Shown piece after piece: positions 24,694 to 36,038 of a stretch of DNA of 64,000 nt. Numbering within the stretch: position 1 is the stretch's first letter; each line of letters begins with the position of its first letter. The translations under genes and the position numbers were made by a program. This DNA is from Anaeramoeba ignava BMAN (Eukaryota; Protista; Anaeramoebae): the NCBI GenBank assembly GCA_028826165.1, contig JAPDFW010000022.1, positions 1 to 64,000 on the forward strand, in the 5' to 3' direction. Under the pieces are notes generated by a model. It did no database searches. It worked only from the letters and a program-made list of their open reading frames with translations, and had not been told where the DNA came from.

Positions 24694-27600
24694 TCAAAAA
24701 TTATTGAAAATTTCTTCTTTTTTTTCATTTTGATAAAATTTTTGATTTTTGATTTTAATTTTATATTGTTTTTTTGCTTTTTTAAATTGTTTTTTGATTT
24801 TATTATTTTTGTTTTTTTGTGATTTAGTTTTTGATATTTTTTTCTTGATTTGAGAAGAAAAAAGTAAATTAATTTGTATTTTCAAATCTTGTTTTTGTTT
24901 TTTACTAAAAAGAAAATTAATAGAAGAGGAAGATTGTTTTAAAGAAAGAAGATCTAAATTTAAAGAAAAATATGACATAGAATCTTTGAAATGATTTTGG
25001 AATTGGATTAATATTTGTTGAATAATATTAAGGAAATTTTTTTGTTGAGTAGTTAAATCTTCTTTTGAAATTAACTGATTTTCAAATTGATTTTCATTTT
25101 GATTTTGATTTTGATTTTCATTTTGATTTTCATTTTCATTTTCAAATTGATTTTGATTTTGATTTTGATTTTGATTTTGATTTTGGAATTGATTTTTTTC
25201 CATTTGTTTAAATTGATTTTGTTTTTGGTTTTGGAATTGATTTTGGAATTGATTTTGATTTTGATTTTGGAATTGATTTTGATTTTGATTTTGATTTTGA
25301 TTTATAAATTGATTTTGATTTTGATTTTCATTTTGATTTTCATTTTCATTTTCAAATTGATTTTGATTTTGATTTTGATTTTGATTTTGATTTTGGAATT
25401 GATTTTTTTCCATTTGTTTAAATTGATTTTGTTTTTGGTTTTGGAATTGATTTTGGAATTGATTTTGATTTTGATTTTCAAATTGATTTTGATTTTGATT
25501 TTGATTTTGATTTTGATTTTGATTTTGGAATTGATTTTTTTCCATTTGTTTAAATTGATTTTGGAATTGATTTTGGAATTGATTTTTAAATTGATTTTGA
25601 TTTTGATTTTGATTTTGTTCCACTTTTTTAAATTGATTTTGATTTTTATTTTGATTTTGGAATTGATTTTGATTTTGGAATTGATTTTGATTTTTATTTT
25701 GATTTTGATTTTGATTTTGATTTTGGAATTGATTTTGATTTTTATTTTGATTTTGATTTTGATTTTGATTTTGATTTTGGAATTGATTTTTATTTTGATT
25801 TTTATTTTGATTTTGGAATTGATTTTTTTCCATTTGTTTAAATTGATTTTGATTTTGGAATTGATTTTGATTTTGGAATTGATTTTTATTTTTATTTTGA
25901 TTTTGATTTTGATTTTGGTTTTGGAATTGATTTTGGAATTGATTTTGTTTCTCTTTTTTAAATTGATTTTGATTTTGTTTCTCTTTTTTAAATTGATTTT
26001 GTTCCACTTGTTTAAATTGATTTTGATTTTGATTTTGATTTTTATTTTGATTTTTATTTTGATTTTGATTTTGATTTATATTTAGATTTTGATTTTGATT
26101 TTGATTTTGTTCCATTTGTTTAAATTGATTTTGATTTTGATTTTGGAATTGATTTTGATTTTGGAATTGATTTTTTTCCATTTGTTTAAATTGATTTTGA
26201 TTTTGATTTTGATTTTGATTTTGTTCCATTTGTTTAAATTGATTTTGATTTTGATTTTTATTTTGATTTTGATTTTTATTTAGATTTTGATTTTGGAATT
26301 GATTTTGATTTTGATTTTGATTTTGATTTTGATTTTGATTTTGATTTTGATTTTGATTTTGATTTTGATTTTGATTTTGATTTTGATTTTGATTTTGATT
26401 TTGATTTTGATTTTGATTTTGTTCCATTTGTTTAAATTGATTTTGATTTTGATTTTTATTTTGGAATTGATTTTGAATTTGATTTTGATTTTGATTTTGA
26501 TTTTGATTTTGATTTTGATTTTGATTTTGATTTTGATTTTGATTTTGATTTTGATTTTGATTTTGATTTTGATTTTGATTTTTGAATTTGATTTTGATTT
26601 TGATTTTGATTTTGATTTTGATTTTGATTTTGATTTTGATTTTGATTTTGATTTTGATTTTGATTTTGATTTTGATTTTGTTCCATTTGTTTAAATTGAT
26701 TTTGATTTTGATTTTTATTTTGGAATTGATTTTGAATTTGATTTTGAATTTGATTTTGATTTTGATTTTGATTTTGATTTTGATTTTGATTTAGATTTTG
26801 ATTTTGATTTTTATTTTGATTTTGTTTCATTTGTTTAAATTGATTTTGATTTTGATTTTGATTTTGATTTTGTTCCATTTGTTTAAATTGATTTTGATTT
26901 TGATTTTGATTTTGATTTTGTTCCATTTGTTTAAATTGATTTTGGAATTGATTTTGATTTTGATTTTGATTTTGTTTCATTTGTTTAAATTGATTTTGAT
27001 TTTGATTTAGATTTTTATTTTGATTTTGATTTTGTTCCACTTTTTTAAATTGATTTTGATTTTGTTCCACTTTTTTAAATTGATTTTGTTCCACTTGTTT
27101 AAATTGATTTTGATTTCGTTTTTCATTTGGAAATTCATTCATTTCATCAAATAAACTTCTTGATTGTATCTCTTGAGTTTTTTTTTCATTAATAATTTGA
27201 TGAAGAGATTCAATTTCAGCTCGTTGAGAACTAATTAGATCAGCATCAGATTTCGCTCTAGTTTGATGAGACATTTCATTAAATTCAAAAATCTGAATTT
27301 TACTTAAAGCTTCTTTTAATTGATTATTTGTATTATTAAATTCATCTAATGGAACGGAATTTGATTTCAATTTTTGATATTCTTTTTGTAATCGAGATAA
27401 TTCTATATTTGATTCTTCATTTTTTCTTGATAGAATGGTATTATCTTCTTCAAATTCTTCAATTTGCTGTCTAAATTTTGATAAATTTTGCTTAAGATCA
27501 GATATTTCAGAAATTTGTTTTTTGATTTTCTCATTTTCTTGTTCCAAATTGGCAATTTTTTCAGTGAAATGAAGTTGCATTTCTCTTTTTTCTTCATTTT

Positions 27601-28228
27601 TTTTATCATCCAATTTTTTCAAGGAATTGACTTGTTCTTTCTGAAGAATTTCGATATCCTGCTCAGCTTTCCTGCAGTCATCCATTACTTTAGAATAATG
27701 CTCTTCCAAAGCGGTTTTTTCTTTTTTCAATTTGGCAAATTCATGTTCCACTTTTTTCTTTTCTTCTTCAAGTTCTTTGAGTGATTGAGTTAATTCATCA
27801 AGAATTTTTTCTTGATTTTCTGCCTTTTCCATTTCGATATCATAAATGTTTGAAATTTCTTCAAGAGTTGTTTGAAGCGCAAGATTCTTTTCAATCAACG
27901 ATTGACCAATTTCTGCAGCAAGTATTAGATCGTTTTCTTTTTGTTTTAATAATTGTTCAAGTTCATCAATGCGAATTTTCTCATTTTCAACATTTTCATC
28001 TTGATTTTCAATTTCATTTTGATTTTCTTCTTTCATTTTGTTTGTCGATTTAAGTTGATCTAATGTATTTCTTATTTTATCCAAATTTTCTTTTGAATCT
28101 TCTTCATTTTTTTGAGGAATTCCGCCGAAAAATGAAATACTCCTTCTTTTTGGATTTCTAATAATTCTACTAGTTCTGTTTTGGAGTCCTGGATATTTAC
28201 TTTTGAGTTGATATTTTGGCGAAGCCAT
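24694..28228 (-). CDS. Long coiled-coil protein with CC1 box and Spindly-like motif (BICD/BICDR/HAP1/TRAK-type dynein adaptor candidate) and ~2 kb poly-NQ region
   Basis: [16 protein letters not shown] at aa ~100-115 and RSLFDEM at aa ~357-363, with continuous heptads between. ORFs 26456-28228 and 24694-26427 are separated by frame slips inside the repeat. Confidence 0.65.
25080..27115 (-). repeat. Exonic (AATCAA)n-based poly-NQ array with higher-order NQFKQMEQ units
   Basis: Directly visible in sequence and translation. Confidence 0.9.
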
Positions 28229-28505
28229 TATTTAAAAAATTAAATCAAAATTAAAAAATGAAAAAAAAAAAATAAAATATAAAAATAAAAATAAAAAAAT
28301 CTATTTGATCTTAAGTTAAATGATGACAAAGAAATTAATTGAGATTAAAAGTGGAAAAAATTTTAATTTTTAATTTTAATTTTTTTCTCCTTTTTTTTAT
28401 TTTTTTTTTCTCCTTTTATATTTTTCATTTTTTTTCATCTTAATTTCTAATTTTGCTTTATTTCATTTCTTTTCATTTCTTTCTTATTTTTGGTTTTTAA
28501 GTTAA

Positions 28506-31500
28506 ATGTCACTAGATTCACTTAATTTAAGACAATTAAATACTCAAATTGCCTCAAAACAACATAAATCCAATATGTCTTATTTCAAAACTTTGACAAA
28601 ATCAACACAGAAAGAAGAAGTTAAATTACCGTGGTTAATGGGTGGTGGTAATCAACCCAAAGATAACCAAGATTCTCGAATTAATATTAATGATCAACAA
28701 GAATTGGAATTGGGAGAACTTGAAGTAAGAATTTTATTTTTAATTTTAATTTTAATTTTAAATTTAATTTTAATTTTAAATTTAATATTAATTTTAATTT
28801 TAATTTTAATTTTAATTTTAATTTTAATTTTAATTTTAATTTTAATTTTAATTTTAATTTTAATTATAAATTTAATTTTAATTTTAATTTTAATTTTAAT
28901 TTTAATTTTAATTTTAATTTTGAATTTTAATTTTAATTTTAATTTTAATTTTAATTTTAATTTGAATTTTAATTTTAATTTTAATTTTAATTTTAATTTT
29001 AATTTTAATTTTAAAATGAATTATTTTTAATTTTTAATTTTAATTTTAATTTTAAATTTTAATTTTAAATTTAATTTTAAATTTTAATTTTTTAAATTTA
29101 ATTTTAAATTTTAATTTTAAATTTAATTTTAAATTTTAATTTTAAATTTAATTTTAAATTTTAATTTTAAATTTAATTTTAAATTTTAATTTTAAATTTA
29201 ATTTTAAATTTAATTATAATTTTAATTTTAATTTTAATTTTAATTTTAATTTTAATTTTAATTTTAATTTTTAAATTTTAATTTTGATTTTAATTTTAAT
29301 TTTAAATTTAATTTTAATTTTAATTTAAATGAATTTTGAATTTTAATTCATAATATATTTAGGTTCAATCAAATTCTTTCACTAGTGATTCTGATGATGA
29401 AACTCCAAAACATCATTATGCTCAAAATATTAATTTCCTTGCAACACAAGCATCAGAAAAAGATTCTATTGATATGAAAATAGTTCAAGGTGCTTATCGT
29501 TTAAAAGTTGAAAAAAAAAAGCTTCGCAAAGAATTGTTGATTTATCTTGTTTTTTTGGCACTATTTTTGGGTTATATTTTTAGTCAACGTCCTGTTGAGA
29601 CTTTATGGGAAACAACCTCAGGAATGACTGACTATTTCTTTGATGAAGAATTTCCAAATTATTTTATTCAGAAAACTTATTGGGATATTGGTTCATTTGT
29701 AAATATTAATTTTAATCTTAATTTTAATTTTAATTTTAATATTAATATTAATTTTAATTTTAATTTTAATTTTAATTTTAATTTTAATTTTAATTTTAAT
29801 TTTAATTTTAATTTTAATTTTAATTTTAATTTTAATTTTAATTTTAATTTTAAATTTAATTTTAATTTTAATTTTAATATTAATTTTAATTTTAATTTTA
29901 ATTTTAATTTTAATTTTAATTATAAATTTAATTTTAATTTTAATTTTAATTTTAATTATAAATTTTAATTTTAATTTTAATTTTAAATTTTAATTTTAAT
30001 TTTAATTTTAATTTTAATTTTAATTTTAATTTTAATTTAAATTTTAATTTTAATTTTAATTTTAATATTAATTTTAATTTTAATTTTAATTTTAATTTTA
30101 ATTTTAATTATAATTTTTTAGGATGAAATTTATCAAGTTTGTAGATCAAAAATTTTTAGTTTCTATTCTATTCTATTCTATTCTATTTTTATTAAAAAAA
30201 ACCTAACTTATTTTCCACTTTTTTTAGTGGGCAAAAGGTCCACTTGCAAATGGTCTACAAGGAGATACAGATTTAACAATAAATGGTAGGCCTGCTTTTT
30301 ATGAATCGAATATTCAAATAGGAGCTATACGATTTAGACAAGCAAGAATAAAGACTGGTATATGCAATCATCCAAAAGATTATGATTCATTTGCTTCTGA
30401 TGAATGCTTTCCACATTGGAAAAACTCATTGAAAGATACAAAACCTTTTGGTTCTCCAACATCGTATTTTTTCTTTTTAAAATTATAAAATTATTAATTA
30501 TTAAATTATAAATTATTAATTATTAAATTATTAATTATTAAATTATTAAATTATTAAATTATTAAATTATTAAATTATTAAATTATTAAATTATTAAATT
30601 ATTAAATTATTTAATTATTAAATTATAAATTATAAATTATAAATTATTAAATTATTAAATTATTAATTATTAATTATAAATTATTAATTATAAAATTATA
30701 AATTATAAATTATTAATTATTAAATTAAAATAGATATTCATATACATCACAAAAAGATTCAAATGATCCAAGTGAGTGGGGTAAACTTTCTCATTATGAA
30801 GGAGGAGGATATATTGTTGATATTCCATTTGGAGATCCAAATTTTACAGATTATATTGATGAAATGATTAATAGCAGTTATTTGAATCAACAAACAAGAG
30901 CACTTTTTGTTGATATTCATCTTTACAATCCAAATGCAAATCATTTTCTTTCACTTGTTGCAATTATGGAAGTTGGTGCTGGTGGTTGTATTATTCCTTG
31001 GGTTCAATATCGAATATTCCGTCTTGATTTATATCCTTTTATCTTTATTAATATATTTTTATATTTATTTTTTTTGATTCATTTTGAAATTGAATTTTTA
31101 TTGTTTTTTTTTCTTTGATTAAAACATTTTATTATTTTTTTCTCGTTAATTTACATATAGTTCTGCTAGCGATTATGGTAGATTGGTTATTGAATTAATA
31201 ATATGCGGTTTTGTGATTTGGTATTCATATCGTTTAGTGAAAGATGTAATCATTTTGATTATAAAAGATATTATTATTATTATTATTATATTTTTATTTA
31301 TATTGAAATTTTTTAATTTGTATTTATTTATTTATTTATTGATTGATTGATTTTTAGTTTTTGGCTGCATATCGATATAATAGTAAACCTTTACGGTTTT
31401 TTATGAGTGTATGGAATTGTGTTGATTTTGTTAATATTGGTGTATGTGGATTTTTATATTCAAAAAATATTCAAAAAATATTAATTTTAATTTAATACAA

Positions 31501-33097
31501 ATGAATTTAAATTTTAATTTTAATTTTTAGCTTTTCTGGGTTATTATTATAATTCAAATTGTTTACGTAATTGCAGTGAAAATCAAAGACTTGGATTTAG
31601 CTTCAATTAATTTTGTTGGAATTGGTGTATTAGGAAAGCAATACATGAATTTCTATTCAATAATTTCTATTAACATTTTCTTGACATTAATGAAAATTTT
31701 CAAGTTTTTGAAGTTAACAAAAAGAATGAACTTATTATGGGATACATTATCTGAGGTAGATAAAAGAAAGCATTAATTGAGATAAAATTGAAGATTAAAT
31801 CCCATTATTTTCATTATTATTATTATTCTAAAATATAAATAGGCAACTGCTGACTTGATAATCTTTCTTGGTTTTTTCATAATTGTTTTCCTTTCTTTTG
31901 CTGTAACTGGATTTGTTTTATTTGGACCTTCATTGACTGAGTTCAGAGATCTTAGTGAATCTCTTTTCAAAACTTTTGAGATGGCACAAGGAGATATTGA
32001 ATACTCTTCATTTCGTAATGTGAATCGATTTCTTGGATTACTTGTAAATATTTAAATTAAAAATAAATTTAATAAATAAATTTAAATCCAAAAATAAATT
32101 TAAATCCAAAAATAAATTTTAAATTCAAAATTAAATTTAATAAATAAATTTAAATCTAAAAATCAATTTAAATTAATAAATAAATTTAAATCTAAAAATA
32201 AATTTAATAAATAAATTTAAATCTAAAAATAAATTTTAAATTCAAAAATAAAATTAAATCTAAAAATAAAAATAGTATTATGTTTTCTTCGTTTTCTTGG
32301 TTATCTTTGTCCTTTTGAATATGTTTTTAGCAATTATAAATCAAGCTTATGAAAGAGTTCATATTAAAACATCAAAGGGTTTAATTACTCAAAAATTCCA
32401 ACAAGTATTTTCACTTCTTTTAACAAATTAGCAAATTCCATTTATTTTCTTTTTAAAATCAATTTAAAATCATTTTGATATTTTCTTTTTAAAATCAATT
32501 TAAAATCATTTTGATATTTTATTTTTAAATAGCAATTATATGCAATGAAAAAATTTTTCCGTAAACTTTTTGGAGTTTGCAGAAAAAAGAAAAGTGGTGC
32601 TGATAAAGAAGATGAAATTTCGGATTTAAAGATTCTTGAAAAAATGACAATCATTTCAAAACGGAAAAGTTTAGGAAATTTATCAACAAATGATTTACAA
32701 CAGTAAATAATAATTTTTATAAAAGAAAATTTTGGATTTTGAATTAAAAATTTTAAAATTAATATTTTTTTTAAATTATTTAAAAAAGATTACTTGGTGA
32801 TTCAAAAGAAGGTCGAGCAATTTTCAAAAGAATTAGATCACAAGCAAATCAATCAATGAAAAAATTAACAGTAAAAAAAAAAGAAGATAAATTTAAAAAA
32901 TTGAAAGTATGTGTTTTGTTCTTCTTTCTTTTTTTTCTTTAATTAATTTTATAAATTATTTATTTTATTTTATATTTTTTTTTTTGAATATATTAATTCT
33001 TATATTAAAGGAACTTCAAGAAGAGATTCAAGATTCTCAAACAAGAATTCAAAATTTAGTTCAAAAAATAGAAACATTTCATCCTTCAAATAATTGA
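28506..33097 (+). CDS. PKD2: Polycystin-2 / TRPP-family cation channel, ~13 exons including a 15-nt micro-exon and an AT-AC intron
   Basis: ELLIYLVFL, GAIRFRQARI, YEGGGY, YLNQQTRALFVDIHLYNPN, SVWNCVD, KIFKFLKLTKRMNLL, FAVTGFVLFG, LLNMFLAIINQAY. Exons were traced through GT-AG introns plus one AT-AC intron. Confidence 0.9.
31031..31154 (+). other. AT-AC (U12-type, minor spliceosome) intron
   Basis: Begins ATATCCTTT (U12 5' splice-site consensus) and ends ...tctcgttaatttAC. Removal gives RLDLYSSASDYGRLVIE, collinear with PKD2 KLIRYVTTFDFFLAACE. Confidence 0.8.
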
Positions 33098-33498
33098 AAT
33101 TTTAATTTTGGAAATATATGAATGATTATTCTTTCTTAATTTTAATTTTATTTTCAATTTTCAATTTTAATTTTATTTTCAATTTTCAATTTTATTTTCA
33201 ATTTTATTTTCAATTTTCAAATTTAAGGAAAAAGATGAAGTAAAAAAAGAGAAAAGTAAAACAAAAGTGGAATTTATTTGAAAATTTGTTTTTGATTTGA
33301 TTTGATTTCAAAATGTTTTTTTTTTTATTAATTTTTATGAAGAAAAAAAAAATAGAAAAGAAAAAAAAGATTTGATTTATCTTATTTAAGAAAAATTAGC
33401 TTGGACATTGATTAAAGAGTAAAACCAAAAAAAAAAGGGAAGAAAAGTAAGTAAAAAAAAGAAACGGAAAAAACGGAAAAAAAACGGAAAAAAAAAAT

Positions 33499-34059
33499 TT
33501 AAACTTTGAATCCCTTTGAAGATCTTTTTCCTCTAGCTCTTTCGAATTTAACTCCTTTAGATCTAACGTAAGGTTTTGAATGAGAATGAGGAACACCAGG
33601 ATTACCACGATGTTTAACAACTTCTCTTGCATTAACGCGACCTTTAATGAGGACAGTATTTGATCCAGTTGGACGCATTAAAGCGAGTTGGTCAAAAGTG
33701 TAGCAGTTTCCACCAGCTTGAAGAATTCTAGCGCGGGCAGTTTTTGTAAATCTTAAAGCGCAAATAGACATTTTTGGGACTTCTAATAATCGCTCATCGT
33801 TAGTCACAGTTCCAACTACAACTGCTATTTTATCTTCGCTTTTGTTTATCATTAATTGGCTAATTTTGGAAAGGCTTGCTGGTGGTCGATGTATTCTTGA
33901 TGATATTAATCTTTTTAATACCTCTTTATTGAAGGGACTTTCTGTTCGTCGTGCTAAAAATCGATATAATTTTACTAACATTAAAAGATAGATATTTTCT
34001 GATTTTGGTTCTCTTCTAACTCGTTTTTTTTTGTGTCTATTTTGTAAATCGATTCCCAT
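33499..34059 (-). CDS. RPL18: 60S ribosomal protein L18 (eL18)
   Basis: MGIDL...[12 protein letters not shown]...[11 protein letters not shown]...[16 protein letters not shown]. Confidence 0.98.
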   Translation of the reverse strand: MGIDLQNRHKKKRVRREPKSENIYLLMLVKLYRFLARRTESPFNKEVLKRLISSRIHRPPASLSKISQLMINKSEDKIAVVVGTVTNDERLLEVPKMSICALRFTKTARARILQAGGNCYTFDQLALMRPTGSNTVLIKGRVNAREVVKHRGNPGVPHSHSKPYVRSKGVKFERARGKRSSKGFKV

Positions 34060-34060
34060 T

Positions 34061-34752
34061 CTTTTGAATTTAATTTTGAATTTAATATTGAATTTAATAT
34101 TGAATTTTGAATTTAATTTAATTTTGAATTGAATTTAATTTTGAATTTAATATTGAATTTAATTTTGAATTTAATATTGAATTTAATATTGAATTTAATA
34201 TTGAATTTAATATTGAATTTAATATTGAATTTAATATTGAATTTTGAATTTAATTTAATTTTGAATTTAATTTTGAATTTAATTTTGAATTTAATATTGA
34301 ATTTAATTTTGAATTGAATTGAATTTAATATTGAATTTAATTTAATTTTGAATTTTGAATTTAATTTAATTTTGAATTTAATTTTGAATTTGAATTTAAT
34401 TTTGAATTTAATTTTGAATTTAATTTTGAATTTAATTTTGAATTTAATATTGAATTTAATTTTGAATTGAATTTTGAATTTAATTTTGAATTGAATTTTG
34501 AATTTAATTTTGAATTTAATATTGAATTTAATATTGAATTGAATTTTGTATTTGATTTTGAATTTAATTTTGTATTTGTTTGTATTAAGATTGGGTTTAT
34601 TTTAATGGAAATTGTGGATAATTATTGAAAAAAAAATTTTTTTTATAATTTTTATTTTTGTTATTGATAAAAAAATTTTTTTTTTTGTGTTTTTGTTTGT
34701 TTAAATTATTTAAATTATTTAATTATTTAATTATTTTAATTACTTTAATTAC
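34061..34752 (-). other. Probable 5'-UTR intron of RPL18, largely filled with ttgaatttaat-type repeats
   Basis: Minus-strand donor AAAG|gtaatt at 34752; acceptor aaaag|A-ATG at 34061; upstream exon starts with the pyrimidine tract tttctttcctcctt. Confidence 0.55.
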
Positions 34753-34884
34753 CTTTCTTTATAAAAATTCTAAGGAGGAAAGAAAAAAAAAATGAAAAAA
34801 AAATAATTAAAAAAAAATTAAAGAAAGAATAAAAAAAAATTTTTTTTTTGATTTTTTTTATTTAAATGGGCAAAATAAAACCTT

Positions 34885-36030
34885 TTTAATTTTTTTTCAT
34901 TTAAAATTTTTTTTTTATTTTTAAATTAAATTTTTATCAATTTCCAAAATAATAATCAATTATTATTTATCAATATTTATTTTTAATTTTATTTGAAATT
35001 AATTTATTTCTAGTTCAATATATATTTTTATTCTTAATTTCAAATTAATTTTTTTTCATTTAAAATTTTTTTTTTATTTTTAAATTAATTTTTTATCAAT
35101 TTCCAAAATAATAATCAATTATTATTTATCAATATTTGTTTTTAATTTTATTTCAAATTAATTTATTTCAAATTCAATATATATTTTTATTCTTAATTTC
35201 AAATTAATTTTTTTTCATTTAAAATTTTTTTTTATTTTTAAATTAATTTTTTTATCAATTTCCAAAATAATAATCAATTATTATTTATCAATATTTATTT
35301 TTAATTTTATTTCAAATTAATTTATTTCAAATTCAATATTTGTTTTTAATTTTATTTCAAATTAATTTTTTTTCATTTAAAATTTTTTTTTTATTTTTGA
35401 ATTAATTTTTTATCAATTTCCAAAATAATAATCAATTATTATTTATCAATATTTATTTTTAATTTTATTTCAAATTAATTTATTTCTAATTTAATATATA
35501 TTTTTATTTTCAATTTCAAATTAATTTTTTTTCATTTAAAATTTTTTTTTTATTTTTAAATTAATTTTTTATCAATTTCCAAAATAATAATCAATTATTA
35601 TTTATCAATATTTGTTTTTAATTTTATTTCAAATTAATTTATTTCAAATTCAATATATATTTTTATTTTCAATTTCAAATTAATTTTTTTTCATTTAAAA
35701 TTTTTTATTTTTGAATTAATTTTTTATCAATTTCCAAAATAATAATCAATTATTATTTATCAATATTTGTTTTTAATTTTATTTCAAATTAATTTATTTC
35801 AAATTCAATATATATTTTTATTTTCAATTTCAAATTAATTTTTTTTCATTTAAAATTTTTTTTTTATTTTTGAATTAATTTTTTATCAATTTCCAAAATA
35901 ATAATCAATTATTATTTATTAATATTTGTTTTTAATTTTATTTCAAATTAATTTATTTCAAATTTAATATTTGTTTTTAATTTTATTTCAAATTAATTTA
36001 TTTCAAATTCAATATTTGTTTTGGTTTTTA
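34885..36030. repeat. ~158-bp unit tandem repeat (about 7 copies), almost pure A/T
   Basis: Anchor aatttccaaaataataatcaattattatttat recurs near 34939, 35098, 35257, 35415, 35574, 35729 and 35888. Confidence 0.9.
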
Positions 36031-36038
36031 TTTTAAAT

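Noticed and set aside
34885-36030. Possible CRISPR array or transposon
   Set aside because: Units are contiguous with no unique spacers, terminal repeats, cas or transposase ORFs; eukaryotic context
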